The notes under the pieces are model-generated. The model searched no databases. It saw only the letters and a program-made list of their open reading frames with translations, and was not told the origin of the DNA. Positions 1 to 7,986 of a stretch of 60,447 nucleotides of DNA are shown here, in pieces. Positions within the stretch are counted from its first letter, which is position 1, and every line of letters begins with the position of its first letter. Source of the stretch: Phycisphaerales bacterium (lineage in GTDB: Bacteria; Planctomycetota; Phycisphaerae; Phycisphaerales; SM1A02); NCBI GenBank assembly GCA_044360755.1, contig JBIKJV010000379.1, positions 1-60,447 of the forward strand, written 5' to 3'. A program made the translations under genes and the position numbers.

Positions 1-127
1 CGCATCGTGTGTCGCGAGCGCAATTCGCACAATGTCCAAAAAGTGCCACCCTATTTTCGGCACTTGGATAATTCACATAGGGTATACCCTATACACACAC
101 GCAAGCCCAGTATTCATGCGGGTTGCG
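1..127. repeat. terminal redundancy, copy 1 (exactly repeated at 60321-60447)
   Basis: Base-by-base comparison: nt 1-127 = nt 60321-60447 (127/127). Unique length 60,320 bp. Confidence 0.97.
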
Positions 128-191
128 AGCCACATACACACCAATTCTAATTATCCAGCTTGGATATTTCACCCCAAGTTTTGGATAATTC
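64..191. promoter_or_regulatory. TTGGATAATTC iteron/operator-like sites (part of an array spanning the genome junction)
   Basis: TTGGATAATTC at 64-74 and 181-191. Inverted pair AATTATCCA-gc-TTGGATATTT at 149-169. 12-bp palindrome AGGGTATACCCT at 79-90. Confidence 0.6.
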
Positions 192-409
192 GATATACAC
201 ATACACACAATGTATGTATACACACCAAGCCGTCAGGTGTTCGTTGACGAGCGGAGCTACGCATACACACATAGTGTGCGCAACAGCTTAGGACTGGCAA
301 TCCTTTAATCCATCAATTCGCCTCAAGCACCATCATGTCCTGAGCATGACATTAAACGGCTCACCCCATCAACCTTGTATGTATACACATACACACCTAA
401 GGACACACC

Positions 410-568
410 ATGACCGAAGCTCGATACGCCATTGGATTCACCACGCTATTCTTTCTCAGCCTATTCATTGGTTGGAATATGGAAGCGCCTGTGTTTCAGC
501 AAATCTTTCTGGTGTTCGCGGGCTTCAATCTTGGAGGCACAGCACTCATCATTGTCGAGGAACTATGA
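410..568 (+). CDS. small membrane protein (52 aa)
   Basis: ATG 410 preceded by AAGGA. Product MTEARYAIGFTTLFFLSLFIGWNMEAPVFQQIFLVFAGFNLGGTALIIVEEL has two hydrophobic stretches. Stop overlaps next start (ATGA). Confidence 0.45.
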   Translation: MTEARYAIGFTTLFFLSLFIGWNMEAPVFQQIFLVFAGFNLGGTALIIVEEL

Positions 569-810
569 CCAAGCCTAGATCACGCATCAAGTTCGAAGGC
601 AAGTTCTACAAAACTATGCCTTGGATAAAGCATGAGGAATGTGTCGGCTGTCACTTTTCACCACGGACATACAACTGTCCCAACCAACAAACCAAAGAAC
701 AGTTCTGCGACACGGACGGCGAGTTCTACGGGTATGTGTTCATCGAGCATGGCAAGGAAGGTCTTGCCAAATACATAGCAACCAAACTAGGAGGTTCTGA
801 TGAAAGTTAG
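565..810 (+). CDS. hypothetical early protein, Cys-rich (CVGC..C..C)
   Basis: In-frame ATG of ORF 346-810, coupled to the upstream micro-ORF by ATGA. The upstream part of the ORF lies in the repeat-rich control region. Confidence 0.5.
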   Translation: MTKPRSRIKFEGKFYKTMPWIKHEECVGCHFSPRTYNCPNQQTKEQFCDTDGEFYGYVFIEHGKEGLAKYIATKLGGSDES

Positions 811-1000
811 AGACATACGCAAACGAGCTAAGGGTAAGTACCAATCCAATGACGGATTCAAGTTCTTACGCCTAAGTCAGACCAAGCGATGCCGTACATA
901 TGAGAAGGGTTGCTTTCTCTGTGACTTCTGGCACTACTACGACACACGCAACAAGTTCCCAACATGGCATGAACTAATGGACGAAGGAGTAATCAAATGA
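800..1000 (+). CDS. hypothetical early protein
   Basis: 66-aa ORF overlapping its neighbours in a coupled gene string. Confidence 0.5.
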   Translation: MKVRDIRKRAKGKYQSNDGFKFLRLSQTKRCRTYEKGCFLCDFWHYYDTRNKFPTWHELMDEGVIK

Positions 1001-1164
1001 CAAACATGGATGACCTAAGTAAAGAAGAGTATGAGAAGATCATCGTTGATCTACTCCAAGACATGTTCAAGCATCCTGAGGTACGACGAATCATGGCAAC
1101 CAAGCTGTCAATGGTTAGGGCTTGCCTCGCAGTAAGTAAATGCCTATTGGAGGTACCGAAATGA
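997..1164 (+). CDS. hypothetical early protein (55 aa)
   Basis: ATGA overlap with the 800-1000 stop. Own stop overlaps the next ATG (1161). Hand-translated MTNMDDLSKEEYEKIIVDLLQDMF... Confidence 0.4.
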   Translation: MTNMDDLSKEEYEKIIVDLLQDMFKHPEVRRIMATKLSMVRACLAVSKCLLEVPK

Positions 1165-1421
1165 CATGGCGAGGCACTGAAGTACATCTTGTGGATTTGG
1201 TAGACATACACAACGCAAGTTCTGCCAAGTGGGAGTATGTCGAGAACACCGAACATGTAACCCGAGGCGTGATGCACTGGGTAGTAACTTTGTATGACGC
1301 TATGGTGCCTGATGATCGCGGTTGGCGTCGCAGAAACCATGTAATCAAGCTAGCCAATGGCGCTAACCTATTAACTGATGAGTATGTAACTCGTCTTGTC
1401 ATTAAAGAACTGGAGAGATGA
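1161..1421 (+). CDS. hypothetical early protein
   Basis: In-frame ATG of ORF 1140-1421, coupled (ATGA) to the upstream ORF. Confidence 0.5.
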   Translation: MTWRGTEVHLVDLVDIHNASSAKWEYVENTEHVTRGVMHWVVTLYDAMVPDDRGWRRRNHVIKLANGANLLTDEYVTRLVIKELER

Positions 1422-1603
1422 TGAAAAATTACGATGAAAACATAATCGACTTGTGGTGCTACATCTTGAATACGGCGGTTGTCTGCCATCCAGATGCCAT
1501 GAAAGACAAGGACTTTCACGAGTTTGCTCTCAATGTTGCTCTGGCATACCCTGATGAGTTTGAACTTGTAATGAAAATACTTGGATCGAGGAGTTCAAAA
1601 TGA
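1418..1603 (+). CDS. hypothetical early protein
   Basis: 61-aa ORF with ATGA coupling at both ends. Confidence 0.5.
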   Translation: MMKNYDENIIDLWCYILNTAVVCHPDAMKDKDFHEFALNVALAYPDEFELVMKILGSRSSK

Positions 1604-1686
1604 CTAGATGGGAAAAGCTAGAACGCATCGTCCTCCTTGCAGGATTGATCGTGGTAATGTTAGACCTTTTCTATTGGAGACCTTAA
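1600..1686 (+). CDS. micro-ORF, single-TM peptide (28 aa)
   Basis: MTRWEKLERIVLLAGLIVVMLDLFYWRP. ATGA-coupled upstream and TAATG-coupled downstream. Confidence 0.3.
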   Translation: MTRWEKLERIVLLAGLIVVMLDLFYWRP

Positions 1687-1862
1687 TGACAGAACTAGAA
1701 ATAGTACTTTCGATTGCAGTAATCGTATTACTGTGGGCGTACCGAGGTGCGGTCAGACGCGCAGATCACTTCAAGTGTCTGTTGCTTGCCGTAGGTGTAG
1801 GCGCTGTACGCATCGAGGTCAATGAGGAACAAAAGACTTATAAAGTGGAGGTACGCAAATGA
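1686..1862 (+). CDS. small membrane protein (58 aa)
   Basis: In-frame ATG of ORF 1608-1862. N-terminal TM segment LSIAVIVLLWAY. Confidence 0.45.
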   Translation: MTELEIVLSIAVIVLLWAYRGAVRRADHFKCLLLAVGVGAVRIEVNEEQKTYKVEVRK

Positions 1863-1981
1863 CCAAGCATACATATAGTGGCACGCTTTACTCTTTATGG
1901 GTGGACGATGGCTTCGGACAACTGACACGCATCGATCATGGGCAACTAATCAGCCGTATCGTGACTGGGTGGATGCGATGA
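1859..1981 (+). CDS. hypothetical micro-ORF (40 aa)
   Basis: ATGA coupling at both ends. Hand-translated MTKHTYSGTLYSLWVDDGFGQL... Confidence 0.35.
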   Translation: MTKHTYSGTLYSLWVDDGFGQLTRIDHGQLISRIVTGWMR

Positions 1982-2265
1982 GAATCAAGTGGCACCCGAG
2001 AGCAAATAACTTTTGGATGGCTAAGTTAGAAGAGCCGACCAAGGTTCTCCTGAAAACATTCAATGGTGATTACCACGACAGCAACTTAGAGGACATTGGC
2101 TATGTATGCAGGGTAGGCAATCACTTTGCAGTTAGGTTCTATGGCTCTATATACAGCGGTGCGCATCCAATCGAGCGGTGCGAGTACGCTACAAAAGAAG
2201 ACGCTATGCATAGCGCTGAGAGACACGCAACGGCAATTCTTGCCGCCAAGATACTGTCACGCTAG
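1978..2265 (+). CDS. hypothetical early protein
   Basis: In-frame ATG of ORF 1897-2265. C-terminal EYATKEDAMHSAERHATAIL motif is shared with 3435-3665 and 3662-3889. Confidence 0.5.
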   Translation: MRIKWHPRANNFWMAKLEEPTKVLLKTFNGDYHDSNLEDIGYVCRVGNHFAVRFYGSIYSGAHPIERCEYATKEDAMHSAERHATAILAAKILSR

Positions 2266-2382
2266 TGACAGGGCAATACATACACACATCACATAATTCA
2301 CTGGCTACCCTATCGTCCATGCGTACACGCATAGGGGCATGCATCTAGTTACGCGCCAACCTTTTCAACCACAAGGAAAATC

Positions 2383-3438
2383 ATGCGTTATTCAAATATC
2401 AAAACATCTATCCTCGAGCAATTCAAGGTAGACAACGGCAACAAGATCGTGCCATTCATCCTCAGCGCTCCCGGTGGCGGCAAGTCAGCACTCATTCGTG
2501 ATGTGGCTCGTACTATGTTCGCAGAGCGTGGCATGGAGATGATCCAGTACGACGACAGCAACCCCGACACATGGGAGACTGCTAACTATGTGGAGTTCAA
2601 TGCTTCGCTTCGTGACCCAGTCGACTTGCTCGGTACGCCTAACAACACAGGCACAGCAACCCGATGGAAAGCGCCGGGAGAGTTCTATGCACTGCGTCGT
2701 GGCACAGGCTTTAAGTTTGCCAACTTCGAGGAGTTGTCAGATGCTACAACACCTATGCAGAATGGCGTTTGTTCTGTTGTATACGATCGTCGTGCAGGTA
2801 ACACACTGCTGACAGATCAGTTGTTTATCTGTGCAACGGGCAATCGTACCGAGGACAAGTCAGGTGCTAACCGCATTGTTGGCAAGCTAGCTAATCGTAC
2901 TCGTCGCTTCGACTTCCAAGAGAATGTTGACGACTGGACTGAGTGGGCATTGGAGAATGACATCGATCCAGTACTGATTCAGTTCTTGCGCTTTAGACCT
3001 GCGTTGTTGTCTGACTATGACGCCAATCGTTTCGCCAACCCTACGCCTCGTGCATGGGAGCGTGTCAACATGATCCCTTCGGCACTCGATAGCGGTCTGT
3101 TCTTCGACAACTGTGCCGGTGAGGTCGGTGAGGGTGCGGCGGCTGAGTACACAGGCTTTCGCCGTATCTACTTGGCATTGCCTAACATCGAGAGCATCTT
3201 GCTTGACCCTGCCAATGCAGATGTACCTGCTGACCCTGCGACTCTGTATGCGTTGACTGGTGCGTTAGCTCGTAAGTCTACCAAGGACAACTTCGATCGT
3301 GTATCCAAGTACTTGTCGCGTATGTCTCCCGAGTTCAATGTCATGGCTACCAAGGATGCTATCAAGCTGTGCCCTCAGATCAAGTCGACTCGTGCATTCG
3401 TCGAGTGGGCTAGCAAAAATGCTGAGGTGCTGATGTGA
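2383..3438 (+). CDS. MoxR/CbbQ-type AAA+ ATPase (AAA_5-like)
   Basis: Walker A SAPGGGKS. Walker B-like NFEELSD. ICATGNRTEDKSGANRIVGKLANRTRRF matches the AAA_5 sensor region. Preceded by the conserved leader cassette. Confidence 0.8.
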   Translation: MRYSNIKTSILEQFKVDNGNKIVPFILSAPGGGKSALIRDVARTMFAERGMEMIQYDDSNPDTWETANYVEFNASLRDPVDLLGTPNNTGTATRWKAPGEFYALRRGTGFKFANFEELSDATTPMQNGVCSVVYDRRAGNTLLTDQLFICATGNRTEDKSGANRIVGKLANRTRRFDFQENVDDWTEWALENDIDPVLIQFLRFRPALLSDYDANRFANPTPRAWERVNMIPSALDSGLFFDNCAGEVGEGAAAEYTGFRRIYLALPNIESILLDPANADVPADPATLYALTGALARKSTKDNFDRVSKYLSRMSPEFNVMATKDAIKLCPQIKSTRAFVEWASKNAEVLM

Positions 3439-3665
3439 CATACAGCTGGGATCACAACCCCGGCATGGGCACATACTTCCTGATGGGGCCTTGGGTGGCT
3501 CCTGACGGAAGACCTGACCATAGAGAGCGTAGGCAGTATGCGCACATCTTAGATACGGCGGGTGGTGTGTACTGGGCTTGTATCAACACTAACGAACGAC
3601 CAACAAAGTTCTTCAATCTCGAGGAAGCCAAGGCGTTCGTGCTTGCATCGGTAGCACTGCGATGA
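3435..3665 (+). CDS. hypothetical protein
   Basis: 76-aa ORF, ATGA-coupled. C-terminal FFNLEEAKAFVLASVAL motif. Confidence 0.55.
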   Translation: MTYSWDHNPGMGTYFLMGPWVAPDGRPDHRERRQYAHILDTAGGVYWACINTNERPTKFFNLEEAKAFVLASVALR

Positions 3666-3889
3666 AGCTTGTATGGATGGCAAACAGCGACCACACGCAG
3701 ACACTGTTGAGGCAAGACACCCCTACCAAGATTCCACAAAAGATGGCGTGGGTTGCTAGGGTGTTTGCTTCTAATACGCCGCCACACATGTGGAGAGCAC
3801 AAATCATATCTTCAACGGATTGGTGCGTGTTTTCCTCATTAGACGAAGCCAGAGACTGGGCTCAAGCAGTCGTTCTTCTCAACCAATGA
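3662..3889 (+). CDS. hypothetical protein (paralog-like of 3435-3665)
   Basis: 75-aa ORF, ATGA-coupled. C-terminal FSSLDEARDWAQAVVLL motif. Confidence 0.55.
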   Translation: MKLVWMANSDHTQTLLRQDTPTKIPQKMAWVARVFASNTPPHMWRAQIISSTDWCVFSSLDEARDWAQAVVLLNQ

Positions 3890-3898
3890 AAGACCTAT

Positions 3899-4774
3899 AT
3901 GCAACCAACTAAACTGGCAGATAAGGTAATCCTTGTCAAGCTCACACAACGCAAAGTCGCATTGACCAAACGCGATGCGTACCTATCAGACAAGATACAA
4001 CGACAGGAGGGTGATGCGTCATTGACCGTCCTGACTAAGTTGTTCAGGTCTAAGGGCAATGCCATTGCGCAGATCATGACCAAGTTCAACGAGGTGTATG
4101 CGTATCACAAGAAGCACACGCTACCCTATGTGGATGCAGGCCCTCGCATCTTGCCCAATGACTTGTACTTCGAGTACACACAGGAGACCAAGCACCTAAT
4201 CACACAGGTGGAGAATCTCAAGCGTACTTACATGCCACAGTATGACCAGCTAGTGCTTGAGGATGTGATGTATCGCAACAGTGGACACGCGGCAGGTAGG
4301 GCTCATGTGGATGACTACCCGACAGCAGAGCAGTTCGACAGTGCCATGTCGATTGACATTCGCTTTCAACCTATGCCTGACTCGCGTCACTTCTTGTTCG
4401 ACTTAAGTGAGGAGGACTTGCAATCTTTCCAAGCGTCAGAGCAAGAGGCATCGATCGCAATGAACGCAGATGTTATCGGCAGGATGCTCAAGCCTCTGTC
4501 AGCACTCACTCAACGCTTGCAAGAGTACCAAGGTCAGAAAGGTGAGCGCTTTCACAACAGTCTTGTCGAGAATGTAATCGAAGGCTGTGACTTAGCTCTT
4601 AAGTTGGCAATCAACCCAACGCACGAGTTAATCGACGAGATTAATACTCTCAAAGCAATGGCGACTGGCTGTCTTAACACAGTCGAAGTCATCAAGGGAT
4701 CAGCGAACGCTAGGCACGACGCCAAAGCCAAGCTCGAAGCAGTAGCCGCTCGCATGGCGGATTTCAATTTCTAA
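3899..4774 (+). CDS. hypothetical helical protein between the ATPase and vWA genes (possibly DUF3150-like, from memory only)
   Basis: 291-aa ORF with uniform coding appearance. No motif I can name with certainty. Confidence 0.6.
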   Translation: MQPTKLADKVILVKLTQRKVALTKRDAYLSDKIQRQEGDASLTVLTKLFRSKGNAIAQIMTKFNEVYAYHKKHTLPYVDAGPRILPNDLYFEYTQETKHLITQVENLKRTYMPQYDQLVLEDVMYRNSGHAAGRAHVDDYPTAEQFDSAMSIDIRFQPMPDSRHFLFDLSEEDLQSFQASEQEASIAMNADVIGRMLKPLSALTQRLQEYQGQKGERFHNSLVENVIEGCDLALKLAINPTHELIDEINTLKAMATGCLNTVEVIKGSANARHDAKAKLEAVAARMADFNF

Positions 4775-4783
4775 GGAGTTAAT

Positions 4784-5329
4784 ATGAGACCAACACTTTA
4801 CGACGCCGCTCGGATGTTAACGACAGCGGGTATATCAGCGGACATCAAGTTCGATCCAACGCAAGTTACTAACAGACTCAAGAAGTCTATTCAAAAGCAG
4901 ATCATCAATGGTGTTATCACTGGCGGATGGTCATCGCATGCATCGCGTATCGCCAAGATACTGTGCAAGCAGTACAAGATTCACTACACAGCCAACACTT
5001 GGTATGGTATTAGCTTACCCGTTGTTGCAGTAGAAAACCGCGAGCGGTTTGTCGAGTTAATTCAGGCAGACCTTGCGGCTTATCTATTAGATGGCGACCA
5101 CTACAACCCGCAGTGGGAAAAAACAAATGCCCAAAGCACCATTGACCAAATTAGATCAGGCATGGCGACAGATGTTAGAACGCACAGCAAAGAGTACAAA
5201 GACAAGTTGACAGCTCTTCTTATAGAGACTCGAACACCAGCACAGATTAAGCATGCACAGGAAGTAGCGGCATTGCTTGACTCAAGAGAGCCTATCACCA
5301 TCAAACACTATTTCAACCAAGGAGAGTAA
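4784..5329 (+). CDS. hypothetical protein
   Basis: 181-aa ORF with strong SD (TAAGGAG) upstream. Confidence 0.6.
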   Translation: MRPTLYDAARMLTTAGISADIKFDPTQVTNRLKKSIQKQIINGVITGGWSSHASRIAKILCKQYKIHYTANTWYGISLPVVAVENRERFVELIQADLAAYLLDGDHYNPQWEKTNAQSTIDQIRSGMATDVRTHSKEYKDKLTALLIETRTPAQIKHAQEVAALLDSREPITIKHYFNQGE

Positions 5330-5331
5330 TC

Positions 5332-6441
5332 ATGGCAGTTACATCATTAGACAAAGCCAAGGTGTCCATCGTGACACAGCATCCGTTCTTCGCATCCATA
5401 CTTATGAAGCGACAGCTAATCGAGGATGAGACTATCCCAACAGCGGCAGTAGATCAGCGCGGTCAAATCTACATCAACCCAGTGTGGTTCGACACATTGT
5501 CAGTCGATGAGATTGTGTTCGTGTTAGCCCACGAGATCGGTCATGTCATCGGTCAGCATGCATCCCGTCGAGGTGCGCGTGATGCCAAGAGGTGGAACAT
5601 TGCAGGTGACGCTTGGATCAACGACATGCTCGAGGCATCAGGTATCGGTCAGCCTATCAAGGGTTGCGTTCATATGCCCGGCTCTAAGGATGAGACAGTC
5701 GATGAGATTTACAACAATCTCCCTGACATGCCGCCCGATGGCCCCGGCCCCGGCGGTACAGGCGACGACATCATCGAGCGTGGTACGCCACTTACATCAG
5801 AGGAAGCTACACGCATCGATGCCGAGACCCGTGTCGAGATTGCACAAGCAGCCCAAGCGGCTAAGGCTCAGGGTAAGATGCCAGCCGCATTGGCTAAGAT
5901 CATTGCTGATCTCATTGACCCCGGTACACCATGGCACGAGATTCTCGAGCGCTACATGACTTCGTTCACTCGTGGCGACTACACATGGTCACGCCCTAAC
6001 CGTCGCTTCGCTGATCTTGCGTACTTACCTAGCACTGGCAAGGTAGCTGAGATGGGTGAGATCGTCATCCAAGTCGATGTGTCAGGCTCTATCAGTCAGC
6101 GTGAGTTGGCTTATTACAACGGTCACTTGTCTCGCATCATCGAGCAGTGCAACCCCGCCCGTGTTCATGTCTTGTATGTTGACACTGCGGTATGCAAGCA
6201 TCAGGTGTTTGAGCAGGGTGAGGAAGTAACACTGGAGTTCTACTCTGGCGGTGGTACTGACATGGAGGAAGGCTTTAACTTCATCGCCAAGGAAGGTATC
6301 GAGCCCGAGGTATTCGTCTGTCTGACAGATGGTTACACCGACTTCAATGTCGCCAATGCGCCAAGTTACCCAGTTTTATGGTGTATCTCTAGTGACATTC
6401 AAGCTCCTTACGGCGAGAATATCCACTTTTCACTGGAGTAA
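5332..6441 (+). CDS. vWA-domain protein with N-terminal zincin-like metallopeptidase domain (DUF2201-type)
   Basis: HExxH in LAHEIGHVIGQH. MIDAS DxSxS in IQVDVSGSIS. Partnered with the MoxR-type ATPase at 2383. Confidence 0.8.
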   Translation: MAVTSLDKAKVSIVTQHPFFASILMKRQLIEDETIPTAAVDQRGQIYINPVWFDTLSVDEIVFVLAHEIGHVIGQHASRRGARDAKRWNIAGDAWINDMLEASGIGQPIKGCVHMPGSKDETVDEIYNNLPDMPPDGPGPGGTGDDIIERGTPLTSEEATRIDAETRVEIAQAAQAAKAQGKMPAALAKIIADLIDPGTPWHEILERYMTSFTRGDYTWSRPNRRFADLAYLPSTGKVAEMGEIVIQVDVSGSISQRELAYYNGHLSRIIEQCNPARVHVLYVDTAVCKHQVFEQGEEVTLEFYSGGGTDMEEGFNFIAKEGIEPEVFVCLTDGYTDFNVANAPSYPVLWCISSDIQAPYGENIHFSLE

Positions 6442-6443
6442 TT

Positions 6444-6593
6444 ATGGCTGACAACATCGACGACGCGATCGACCAACTGACCAAGCAGTATGACGAGGTA
6501 CTCAAGGCATGCCACGACGCCTTGGCAGAGGGAGTTTCACAGGCACAACGCGACGCAATTCGCGAACGAATAGCCGAACATCTCGGCAAATAA
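6444..6593 (+). CDS. hypothetical small helical protein (49 aa)
   Basis: Hand-translated MADNIDDAIDQLTKQYDEVLKACHDALAEG... Followed directly by a terminator. Confidence 0.4.
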   Translation: MADNIDDAIDQLTKQYDEVLKACHDALAEGVSQAQRDAIRERIAEHLGK

Positions 6594-6596
6594 CCT

Positions 6597-6620
6597 AGGG
6601 GCGCAAGCCCCTTTCTTTTC
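6597..6620 (+). terminator. rho-independent terminator
   Basis: AGGGGC-GCAA-GCCCCT stem-loop followed by TTCTTTTC. Confidence 0.7.
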
Positions 6621-6639
6621 AACCACAAAGGAAATCATC

Positions 6640-7308
6640 ATGGCAACAGTAAACATTACAAAAGAGTTCAAAGAACGAGTCGAAGCCCGCATCCGCAGTA
6701 TGCACCGCAAGGAGTTAGAAGCTGAGTTACCTAATCTCAATAAGCCTCAGCAGGTAGATGCGAGTTACTTGTATCACTATGGATGTTGGGGTAAGGATTA
6801 CATGCACTTAGTGCATGAGATTCCCAAGGACTGGTTGGCAAAAGTAAACGACAGCAGTGTCGAGATACATGGCACAGGCGAGGACGGCAAGCCGTTATCG
6901 TGCGCTGTTCGGTTCACTGGTATGAACGCCTACCAACGCCCCAAGGACAGCTACTATCAGCACACTCGTTCAGTCGTGCAGTACGCTGATTTGTTGGCTA
7001 TGCCTGAAGTTGTTGCGGGACGCTCCGAAGCTCTCCAAGCATGGGAGGAGAACAAGCAGGTTACTACTATCAAAGAGAAGTGGGCTAAGGTTGAGAAAGA
7101 TATTCTCGAGTTCCTTAACAAGTGCAAGACGCTTAACGAGGCAGTCAAGCTGTTTCCCGGTGTGCGTCTGTATGTTCAGCACGACGATCTCGAGCGCTTA
7201 GATCGTAAGGTCGAGCGCCTCAGTGAGCGCAAGAAGATCGTTGCTGAGATGGCAACCGATGAACTAACCGCAGCAGCCATCGCTGCAAAACTTATGGGGG
7301 CAATATGA
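6640..7308 (+). CDS. hypothetical protein
   Basis: 222-aa ORF preceded by the conserved leader cassette CTTTTCAACCACAAAGGAAA. Confidence 0.6.
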   Translation: MATVNITKEFKERVEARIRSMHRKELEAELPNLNKPQQVDASYLYHYGCWGKDYMHLVHEIPKDWLAKVNDSSVEIHGTGEDGKPLSCAVRFTGMNAYQRPKDSYYQHTRSVVQYADLLAMPEVVAGRSEALQAWEENKQVTTIKEKWAKVEKDILEFLNKCKTLNEAVKLFPGVRLYVQHDDLERLDRKVERLSERKKIVAEMATDELTAAAIAAKLMGAI

Positions 7309-7493
7309 AATACATGTCAAGAGCAGAGCCGTCAATCCCTGTCGGCCATCCTGATTATCGATGGACACCACACGGAGATGTGCAAGCAGTGTGGCGTAAG
7401 TTTGGATGGGTACCACCATCTGAGCATATGTCACCGCCACCACCCGAGAAGCCAAACGAATTCACCACTCATCAAAGGAACTATCGTGCCTGA
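7305..7493 (+). CDS. hypothetical protein (62 aa)
   Basis: ATGA-coupled to 6640-7308. Competes with the 5' part of ORF 7378-7986. Confidence 0.35.
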   Translation: MKYMSRAEPSIPVGHPDYRWTPHGDVQAVWRKFGWVPPSEHMSPPPPEKPNEFTTHQRNYRA

Positions 7494-7986
7494 CTTGCAA
7501 TCAGAACTTAAAAAATTAGAGACCCTCGCTTTCGACGACGAAGGCAAAACCACAACCACGGAGGCTACCATGCCAAGAGTTAACGACCACAAAATCACTA
7601 ACAATGTAACCCGCGAAACATTCAACTACATCAAGGACAACCCCGGCTTGCGTCGGGTTCAGATCGCTACCGCCATGGAGAATCGCGGCTTCAAGAAGAG
7701 TTCAACCCTTGCTCTAACATCGCAGTTTGTACGAAGCGGTATGGCTCGCATCGTGGACAGTGGCGTATTCATTGCACAGTCGGAGTACGCTCCGCCCAAG
7801 GGCAAGAAAATTAAGAAAGCCAAAGTCACCAAAGTGACAGCCAAGAAAGTAGAAACGCATATCATTGAGTCTGTTGCACAGCCTGAAGTTCAGCACGACA
7901 CACTGGTGAAAGCCATGTTGTCTCGTATGTCTATTCTTCAAGCGCGTGAGATGTACGACGAACTTAAGAAGGTGTTTTCATCATGA
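7486..7986 (+). CDS. putative winged-helix DNA-binding protein
   Basis: GTG 7486 is 6 nt after AAAGGA and in frame with ORF 7378-7986. NPGLRRVQIATAMENRGFKKSSTLALTSQFVRSGMARIV is wHTH-like, followed by a Lys-rich segment. Confidence 0.45.
   Translation: MPDLQSELKKLETLAFDDEGKTTTTEATMPRVNDHKITNNVTRETFNYIKDNPGLRRVQIATAMENRGFKKSSTLALTSQFVRSGMARIVDSGVFIAQSEYAPPKGKKIKKAKVTKVTAKKVETHIIESVAQPEVQHDTLVKAMLSRMSILQAREMYDELKKVFSS

Noticed and set aside
32-564. ORFs 32-247 and the 5' part of 346-810 as early genes
   Set aside because: They run through the iteron, operator and palindrome region, have His/Thr/Cys-rich repeat-derived translations, and lack SDs. The coding signal starts at 410 and 565.
7305-7986. 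Possible programmed frameshift joining ORF 7305-7493 to ORF 7378-7986
   Set aside because: There is no slippery heptamer or downstream structure in the overlap. A GTG at 7486 with an AAAGGA SD explains the downstream gene without recoding.
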